From Candidatus Moraniibacteriota bacterium (GTDB lineage: Bacteria; Patescibacteriota; Minisyncoccia; Moranbacterales; UBA2206), in NCBI GenBank assembly GCA_030645735.1, contig JAUSNP010000003.1, forward strand, positions 167,411 to 231,410: a DNA stretch of 64,000 nt, given 5' to 3'. This document shows positions 57,557-64,000 of the stretch, piece by piece. The notes under the pieces were generated by a model. The model worked only from the letters and a program-made list of their open reading frames with translations. It made no database searches and was not told the origin of the DNA. How positions within the stretch are numbered: position 1 is the first letter of the stretch; every line of letters begins with the position of its first letter. Both the position numbers and the translations under genes were made by a program.

Positions 57557-58915
57557 ATGAAAGAGTCCATTTTTAAGGCCTATGACATTCGGGGGATTTA
57601 TCCGAGTGAAATCAATGAATTGGATGTGTATAAAATTGCCACAGCGTTTTGTGAATTTGTGAAACCAAGTGAGGTGGTGATTGGAGCGGATGTGCGCCTG
57701 TCTTCACCATCTTTGAAAAAAGTGGCCATCAAGGCTGTGACAGATGCAGGCATTCGGGTGATTGATGTGGGAGAAATTTCGACTGATATGCTATATTTCT
57801 CGGTGGCGCACTATGGTTATGCGAGTGGTTTTTCCTTAACGGCGTCACATAATCCGAAAGAATACAATGGAATGAAGTGCGTGCGTGAGGAATCGATTCC
57901 CATCTCATCCGATAGTGGTCTATTCGAAATTCGCGATAGAGCCTTTGCCATGGAACTGAGCGAAGATGTTTTGCAAGGTGAAATCAACGAATCCTTGGTT
58001 GAGAAAAAAGATATTCTGGAAGACTATGCAGTCAAGATGCGATCGTTTGCGGACTTTTCTAAATTCAAGAATTTCAAAATTGCCGCTAATCCAAATTTTG
58101 GTGTGGCTGGACGCGCGCTGACAAAGGTTTTGGAAGGGACTCAGATTTCTGTAGAAAAATTGAACTATGAACCAGATGGCAATTTTCCCAAGGGTCGTCC
58201 AGATCCATTGATTCCAGAAAACCGTGATGAGCTTTCCAAATTGGTTGTGTCCACTGGCTCAGACTTTGGCGTGGCGTGGGATGCTGATGCGGATCGATGT
58301 TTTTTCTTCACCGAAAAAGGCGAATTTATTGAGGGTTATTTCATCACAGCTCTTTTGGCGAAAATATTTTTGCAAAGACAATCTGGGCAAAAGATTATTC
58401 ATGATACGCGCTTGACTTGGGCAATTGAGGATATCGTGAAAGAAAATGGTGGTGTGGATATTGCCACTAAGGCTGGGCATTCATTCATCAAGGAAAGAAT
58501 GCGCAAGGAAGATGCGGTGTTTGGTGGTGAGATGAGCGCTCATTATTATTTCCGCGACTACTGGTTCTGTGATAATGGCATGGTGCCGTTGGTGATGATG
58601 ATGGAATTTTTGTCGACTCAGGAAAAGACTTTGTCAGAGATTATGCATGAGATGTTTTGGCAGAAATATTTTGTCAGTGGTGAAATCAACACGCCAGTGG
58701 CGGATGTGAAAGCTGTTATTGAAAATGCCAAGCGAATTTATTCAGATGGCGCTGTGAAGATTGATGAGACTGATGGTATCTCAATTGATCATGCTGATTG
58801 GCGGTTCAATTTTCGTGGATCAAATACCGAGCCACTTATTCGCTTGAATGTTGAAGCGAAATCGCAATCGTTGATGGAGGAAAAGACCAAAGAAATGCTA
58901 GCGCTGGCTAAATAG
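57557..58915 (+). CDS. Phosphomannomutase/phosphoglucomutase
   Basis: FKAYDIRG, TASHNP, DADADR, GEMSAH. Confidence 0.93.
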   Translation: MKESIFKAYDIRGIYPSEINELDVYKIATAFCEFVKPSEVVIGADVRLSSPSLKKVAIKAVTDAGIRVIDVGEISTDMLYFSVAHYGYASGFSLTASHNPKEYNGMKCVREESIPISSDSGLFEIRDRAFAMELSEDVLQGEINESLVEKKDILEDYAVKMRSFADFSKFKNFKIAANPNFGVAGRALTKVLEGTQISVEKLNYEPDGNFPKGRPDPLIPENRDELSKLVVSTGSDFGVAWDADADRCFFFTEKGEFIEGYFITALLAKIFLQRQSGQKIIHDTRLTWAIEDIVKENGGVDIATKAGHSFIKERMRKEDAVFGGEMSAHYYFRDYWFCDNGMVPLVMMMEFLSTQEKTLSEIMHEMFWQKYFVSGEINTPVADVKAVIENAKRIYSDGAVKIDETDGISIDHADWRFNFRGSNTEPLIRLNVEAKSQSLMEEKTKEMLALAK

Positions 58916-58933
58916 TCTATCTAGTCTATATTC

Positions 58934-58962
58934 AAAAAACTCATCCGAAAGGGTGAGTTTTT
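58934..58962 (+). terminator. Intrinsic terminator
   Basis: AAAAACTCATCC-GAAA-GGGTGAGTTTTT. Confidence 0.75.
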
Positions 58963-58994
58963 ACTTACACGTCATTTTTATTTTATAAAAATTA

Positions 58995-59180
58995 CAGAGT
59001 GTCCATTTTCTTTGGCAGCAAAGAAAGTGGACGAAAAGAAACTGCTGCCCAGACTCGTGCTGTCTAAATTTCTAGCTTATTCGCTAAAATTTTAGGGACG
59101 ACTTTCCGCTAAAAGGAGTAGCGAAAAATTTCTTAACGCTCGTGCGCTGAAATTTAGAAACGCACTTCGTTATGGGCGAA
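58995..59180 (+). repeat. Dispersed structured repeat, module type I (copy D)
   Basis: 184/186 identical to the reverse complement of 10471-10656. Confidence 0.92.
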
Positions 59181-59228
59181 TCGGATTTTTAAAATTTTTA
59201 ACTTTTATTTTTTGTTTAAAAACCATCA

Positions 59229-59403
59229 CGCACTCGCGGAATACCAAGATACAAATTGAAACTTACGAGCACTAAAAAATGCTGGTCCGGCGCGGGGCAA
59301 CCAGCATTTTTTTGCGAGAAAGTTGAAAATTTGTCTTGGTATGTAGCTGTGCGGCCTTTTTCTTTTTTGCCACTTTTCTTTTGGGAAAAGAAAAATGGCG
59401 AAC
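59229..59403 (-). repeat. Dispersed structured repeat, module type II (copy D)
   Basis: Shares the CTGGTTGCCCCGCGCCGGACCAG core with 10269-10439. Confidence 0.8.
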
Positions 59404-59482
59404 AGTTTTATTTTGTAAAAAATAAAACAGCTGAACAATCAAAAAAGCTACTTGCGTAGCTTCCCAGTATTTTGTAGAGAGA

Positions 59483-60508
59483 TTAGATTACAAATCCCAC
59501 TCGCTTTTTGACTTCTGTTAGTTTTTGCTGGGCGATGGGACGGACTTTGTCGGCGCCATCTTTTAAAATTTGTAGAACTTCATCATCGCTGATAGCTTCA
59601 ATCTTAGCTTGCAAAGGTTGCAAGAAATTGACGACTACGTCGGCTAGATCATTTTTGAAATCACCATAACCACGGCCGACATACATTTTTTCAATGTCAC
59701 CAGTTGATTTGTTAGACAGCAAAGAATAGATATTGATCAAATTTTTCAAAGCGGGTTTGCCCGCCTCGACTCGCGGAGACGCATCGTCGACGCGAGGCGG
59801 GTCATCACGATAGACAATCTCAGAGCCAGAGTCGGTCACGGCTTTTTTGATTTTCTTGCGGATGATTTCTTCGCTATCAGTCAACGCAATATAATTATAT
59901 TCAGACTTGGCAGACTTGCTCATTTTCTTGGAAGCATCGTCCAAGCCCATGATGCGCATGCCTTCTTTTTTCACAAAGTGTTCTGGGATGATGAAGGTGT
60001 CGCCGAATTTTTTGTTGAAACGATTAGCTAGCGTGCGAGTGATTTCAATGTGTTGCAATTGATCTTCACCAACCGGCACAACTTCAGTATTGTAGAGAAG
60101 AATATCAGCAGCCATCAACACTGGATAATCAAAGAGTCCGACGCTGGCACTTTCTTTGCCTTCTTTTTGTGATTTGTCTTTGAACTGAGTCATTTTTTCC
60201 AATTCAGGCATTTTGGCAATGGTGTTCAAAATCCAAGCCAATTCAGAATGTTCGGCCACATGTGATTGCACGAAAATTGAAGATTTTTTTGGATCAATGC
60301 CAGAGGCCAAATAAATCTTGGCAATTTCAATAGTCTTTCGGCGCAATTCGGCCGGATCTTGGGGGACAGTGATGGCATGCAAATCCACTACGCAAAAAAT
60401 GGATTCAAATTCATCTTGCAATTTGACCCAGTTTTGAATGGCGCCCAGATAGTTGCCGAGATGTAAGTTGCCAGATGGCTGGATGCCGGAAAAGATTCGT
60501 TGTTTCAT
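59483..60508 (-). CDS. trpS: Tryptophan--tRNA ligase with a 14-aa insertion
   Basis: SGIQPSG.LHLGNYLGA, VPVGEDQ, KMSKS. Confidence 0.97.
   Translation of the reverse strand: MKQRIFSGIQPSGNLHLGNYLGAIQNWVKLQDEFESIFCVVDLHAITVPQDPAELRRKTIEIAKIYLASGIDPKKSSIFVQSHVAEHSELAWILNTIAKMPELEKMTQFKDKSQKEGKESASVGLFDYPVLMAADILLYNTEVVPVGEDQLQHIEITRTLANRFNKKFGDTFIIPEHFVKKEGMRIMGLDDASKKMSKSAKSEYNYIALTDSEEIIRKKIKKAVTDSGSEIVYRDDPPRVDDASPRVEAGKPALKNLINIYSLLSNKSTGDIEKMYVGRGYGDFKNDLADVVVNFLQPLQAKIEAISDDEVLQILKDGADKVRPIAQQKLTEVKKRVGFVI
59760..59801. repeat. 42-bp GC-rich palindromic in-frame insert in trpS
   Basis: CCCGCCTCG...CGAGGCGGG termini; encodes PPRVDDASPRVEAG. Confidence 0.8.
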
Positions 60509-60515
60509 TTTTTTA

Positions 60516-60592
60516 TTATTCCGGACTTAAGCCGGAATCTAATCAATTAAAATTAGTTTCGCGACTAGATTCCCGTTTCCACGGGAATGACA
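60516..60592. repeat. Paired-palindrome element containing ATTCCC-N8-GGGAAT
   Basis: ATTCCGG..CCGGAATCT and AGATTCCCGTTTCCACGGGAATGAC. Confidence 0.7.
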
Positions 60593-60749
60593 ATCGCAAG
60601 TCTAATACTAAAATATCATTAAAATAGGCCTGTTGGCAACCCAGCACTAACTTTGTACAATATCACCTACGGTGACGTGCAAAGTTAATGCTGGGCGAGT
60701 CAAACAAAAAATCACCCTCGCGGGTGATTTATGTTTTTATTAGACGAGA

Positions 60750-61052
60750 TTATTTTATCTCGCCATCCATCTTGCGAAGCATTGAGCGCATCTCGAGGAT
60801 GCCAGCCAAAAAGAAGACAATGAAAATTATTTTGGCTGTGACGACGGTAGCTTGAGCCAGATCATTTCCTTCGAGTGTGAAGATTGGAATAATTTCTGAA
60901 ACAGTGAAAGCAATGATGGCAACTAGTAATAATTTAAATGAAATATCTAATTTTTTCTCAACTCGCCAGACTACGCCGAAAGTATAAGCAATCGAAAAAA
61001 AGGCAATGATAACAATGAAAAGATGGGAAAGAATTATTATTGAATCGTTCAT
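60750..61052 (-). CDS. Small membrane protein (3 TM)
   Basis: Hydrophobic 100-aa ORF overlapping the stop of the upstream gene. Confidence 0.7.
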   Translation of the reverse strand: MNDSIIILSHLFIVIIAFFSIAYTFGVVWRVEKKLDISFKLLLVAIIAFTVSEIIPIFTLEGNDLAQATVVTAKIIFIVFFLAGILEMRSMLRKMDGEIK

Positions 61053-62479
61053 CTACCCACCCCCTTTCTTTTAGTGACAAAGCCATGTCTGCGCAAATAA
61101 TTTTCCGTAATTTGAAAAAGTGCATGCCGGCTTTGATAATATTCAATGCTGAGTAGAATGATGAAAAATAGGAAAAATAGCAGGCTTAGCCAGCCCAAGC
61201 TTTGCATCAGCTGAGTGAGGGAAACAGTCGTTGTTCCAGCGCTGAAAAGTGGCAATTCTTTGATTTGAAAAAAGGCTTCACCTGAAATGAAATCACTCCC
61301 ATCAGAAGTTTGGACGATGACTCGATATTTGCCAGCTTTAGCTAAAATTGGAATGGCCAAATTTTTAGTGAGAGAGTTGATTTGGGTTGGATTGATTTTT
61401 TCAGAGTTTTCAAAAATAATCTGTCCATCAGTGCTGAGCACAGTATAAGTAAAGTCAAATTCTTTATCAGGGAAAGGTAGTGTTTTTTTGAGAAGATCTA
61501 TATTGATAGATAAATCACTGCCAGCATAAACAGCATGCTCAGGATTCTTTACAGAAACCTCAATGGAAAAAGGTGTAGAGGGGATGGCATTTAGCGATAC
61601 ATCAGATGGAAAGCTAGATTGTTTTTTTTCTTGGGTTTTCTTCTTGTCTTTGTTATCGTGCGTATCTTTTTGCGGACTCACTGCAGTTATTTCAGAAATA
61701 AGTTCAAATTGAAAAGAATCCGAAGCCGTGATTGTTGAGTCATTCGGGTCTGTAGCAATGGTATATAGAGTGTGATTCCCAAGGGCTAGTGTCACAGGAC
61801 ATTCCCATGACCAGTAGCCATTGTTGTTGGCGTAAGTGGTCGCGGTGATGGCAGGGCCACTGTGTAAGATGATGGATATTTTAGCATTAGGGATGTTAGT
61901 CAGACCAGAAAAAGATGGTTGATTGTTGGTTGTTTGTGGATTGCCAGCATAAGCTTCGATGCTTTGCAATTGAAAGGTTGTTATTTTCTGAATTGGAAGC
62001 AGATTTGAAATTCCGCATTCGGAAGGTGTCGCAATGGTGATGGGTTGAGAAATTGCAAAGCCAGGACCCATTGGCCCGTGTGCCGTGACAACATAAGAGT
62101 AGGCGGTGTTTATGCTGACCTGATTGTCTATATATATTGGCCCATTCGTGCCAGTTATCAAAATATCCCCATCCCTACTGATATCAAAGTTTTCCGAATT
62201 TTCATCGTTTGGCCAATTAAGCATAATGCCTAAATTGTCATTACTGCAAATGGCCTCGCCAGAAACAACTGGTTCAATTGGAGAATCAAGAACCTTGCCT
62301 ACCAGCGTAATTGTTTCATCAGCTAAGGCTTTGGATTTAGTTTGCATATCAGCAAGCATAAAAGCCGGAGTGAAAATTGCTGACAAAGCGACATAGAGCC
62401 CAAACGAAATCAGAAAAAAAACAGAATGCATTCGCGCAACTCGTCTTAGTTTACTAATTTTTTTGACACCTTTTTTCAT
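61049..62479 (-). CDS. Surface protein with FN3/Ig-like domains and C-terminal TM
   Basis: YSYVVTA, GYWSW...LGNHTL..ATDP patterns; start uncertain. Confidence 0.7.
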   Translation of the reverse strand: MKKGVKKISKLRRVARMHSVFFLISFGLYVALSAIFTPAFMLADMQTKSKALADETITLVGKVLDSPIEPVVSGEAICSNDNLGIMLNWPNDENSENFDISRDGDILITGTNGPIYIDNQVSINTAYSYVVTAHGPMGPGFAISQPITIATPSECGISNLLPIQKITTFQLQSIEAYAGNPQTTNNQPSFSGLTNIPNAKISIILHSGPAITATTYANNNGYWSWECPVTLALGNHTLYTIATDPNDSTITASDSFQFELISEITAVSPQKDTHDNKDKKKTQEKKQSSFPSDVSLNAIPSTPFSIEVSVKNPEHAVYAGSDLSINIDLLKKTLPFPDKEFDFTYTVLSTDGQIIFENSEKINPTQINSLTKNLAIPILAKAGKYRVIVQTSDGSDFISGEAFFQIKELPLFSAGTTTVSLTQLMQSLGWLSLLFFLFFIILLSIEYYQSRHALFQITENYLRRHGFVTKRKGVGR

Positions 62480-62518
62480 AACTACATTATACACTAAAAA
62501 ATGTGATATAATAAGACT

Positions 62519-63613
62519 ATGAAAAATATCTTCAAAGAAATCAAAACAAAACTAAAATTTTTGAAAACAATTTTGCCACACGCAACTTTTGTTTTTTTGT
62601 TGGTGATGCCAGCCAGTACCAATTATAAATTGAAAGATTATGGCTTCGGCAATGGTGGCGCGAGCAATGCTACCTCAACCAACTATGCCATGGAGGTGAT
62701 TGCCGGTGAGCAAAGTGCGGGCAAACTGACAGGTGTCGCCTATAACGCTGGAACCGGTCTGTCTTTCACTAATCAAGCCAATGTGCCAAGCGCACCAACT
62801 TTCAGCAATCCGAGCAATTATTATAACAAACTACAAATCATTCTCAACACTTCTGGCAATCCAACTGATACCAAGTATGCCATCGCCATCAGCACGGACA
62901 ACTTTGTGACGACCAATTATGTCAAAAGCGACAACACTGTTGGCGCAACCCTGATCCTTGCAGATTATCAAACATATGCAACGTGGGGAGGTGGCAGTGG
63001 TTTCTATGTAATTGGTTTGACTGCCGGCACAACATATAAAGTGAAAGTCAAGGCGATGCAAGGTAAATTCACCGAAACTGGCTATGGTCCAATTGCAACA
63101 GCAGCGACAGTGAATCCAACCTTGTCTTTTGATATTGATGTTTCATCCACGGATTCAAAGACGGCTCCACCATTCACAATCAACTTTGGTAGTTTGCCAG
63201 TGAACACTGTGACTGATAGTCCGCAAAAAATTTGGGTAGATTTTGCGACCAATGGTGAATTGGGCGGAAAGGTGTATGTGGCTGGACAAAATGCTGGTCT
63301 CACGAGCGCGACAAAGAGTTACACAATTTCCGCGATGACGGGGAATCTAGCAGGAGCCTCAGAAGGTTTTGGTGCACAAGGCTCATCTGTAGCGCAAAGC
63401 TCAGGCGGACCGCTGACAGTAGCAACTTTGTATGATCAAATTGGCAGCACAGTTGGTATTGTGGATTCTGCAATGCGAGAAATGTTTTCTTCAACTGGAC
63501 CAATCGTTGGTGGTCGCGGATCTTTTTTATTGAAAGCCAAAACATCGACTATTACGCCGTCAGCCACTGATTATAGCGAAATATTTACTGTAATTGCTTC
63601 AGGAAATTTTTGA
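62519..63613 (+). CDS. Secreted beta-rich surface protein (FN3-like segment)
   Basis: Signal-like N-terminus; GLTAGTTYKVKVKA. Confidence 0.7.
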   Translation: MKNIFKEIKTKLKFLKTILPHATFVFLLVMPASTNYKLKDYGFGNGGASNATSTNYAMEVIAGEQSAGKLTGVAYNAGTGLSFTNQANVPSAPTFSNPSNYYNKLQIILNTSGNPTDTKYAIAISTDNFVTTNYVKSDNTVGATLILADYQTYATWGGGSGFYVIGLTAGTTYKVKVKAMQGKFTETGYGPIATAATVNPTLSFDIDVSSTDSKTAPPFTINFGSLPVNTVTDSPQKIWVDFATNGELGGKVYVAGQNAGLTSATKSYTISAMTGNLAGASEGFGAQGSSVAQSSGGPLTVATLYDQIGSTVGIVDSAMREMFSSTGPIVGGRGSFLLKAKTSTITPSATDYSEIFTVIASGNF

Positions 63614-63643
63614 AAATACAGCATAGGATATTGTTAAATAATC

Positions 63644-63663
63644 CTTGCCTGCCGACAGGCAGG
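63644..63663. repeat. Degenerate copy of the 20-bp palindrome (CTTGCCTGCCGACAGGCAGG)
   Basis: Matches the family at 6404, 14115 and 14919. Confidence 0.75.
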
Positions 63664-63822
63664 TGCCTAGAAAAGAATTTGACTGAGTAAAGTTATCCAC
63701 ATATAGGAGTAGCGCATATTTTTTTGACACGGCCTGTCAAAAATGCTATAATTGAGTAAATTGAAATAAAAATAATAAAAATAATTCTTCCTAATACTTT
63801 TTGGGGGAGCAAAAACAAAAGT

Positions 63823-64000
63823 ATGAGCAAAAAAATGCTTAGAAAGCTAAAAGTCATAAACAACATTGCCTTGATTGTCGCCATGATGGTTGCGATGGTT
63901 CCATTTAGTGGAACAGCTGAGGCGGCAAATCTTAGTTTTGCAATGGTGCGACTGGACCGTCTCAAGACTGGAGAAACAACTGGTGGAACAGTTTGTGCTA
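63823..64000 (+). CDS. Secreted protein, N-terminus only (runs off window)
   Basis: MSKKMLRKLK...AEAANLSFAMVRLDRLK signal-peptide pattern. Confidence 0.65.
   Translation, partial: MSKKMLRKLKVINNIALIVAMMVAMVPFSGTAEAANLSFAMVRLDRLKTGETTGGTVCA

Noticed and set aside
1-64000. CRISPR array
   Set aside because: No run of three or more equal repeats with unique, evenly sized spacers was seen; the repeats are pairs or dispersed copies.
1-64000. Prophage or integrative element
   Set aside because: No integrase, terminase, capsid or relaxase ORFs; the tRNA fragments are 5' halves rather than the usual 3' att duplicates.
1-64000. Alternative genetic code (TGA recoded)
   Set aside because: Long core genes are intact under the standard code, with no TGA-fragmented genes.

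Overview
AT-rich bacterial chromosome segment using the standard code. It is most consistent with a Patescibacteria/CPR (Parcubacteria-like) genome; this is an inference from the tandem pilin-like genes, TrmB-type regulators and short TsaB-like ORF. The backbone is housekeeping: rplS, nfo, rbfA-infB, nusA, ppaC, tig, gpmI, rny, hup, rpoB-rpoC, ftsK, recA, efp, rpsF-ssb-rpsR, ychF, trpS and 10 intact tRNAs. The main accessory element is a complete diversity-generating retroelement (DGR) between rpsF and ychF. It has a target gene with VR 54318-54451, TR 54801-54934 (24 mismatches, all at TR adenines), an Avd-like gene on the opposite strand, and an RT. The avd reading frame is broken by an 11-G homopolymer in the head-to-head avd/RT junction, and adding one G restores a 133-aa Avd, so this is a candidate slippage ON/OFF switch. 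Other notable items: a dispersed ~180-nt structured repeat family with compensatory base changes (6 modules), a 20-bp palindrome inserted into the D-loops of two tRNA fragments, a 42-bp in-frame palindrome inside trpS, a RAYT transposase with four GTAG-type REPs, a pilin-like cluster with six-cysteine repeats, an ApbE/ferric-reductase-like cluster, and two cassette-like genes sharing leader and 3' hairpin. All alignments were done by eye; no database searches were run.
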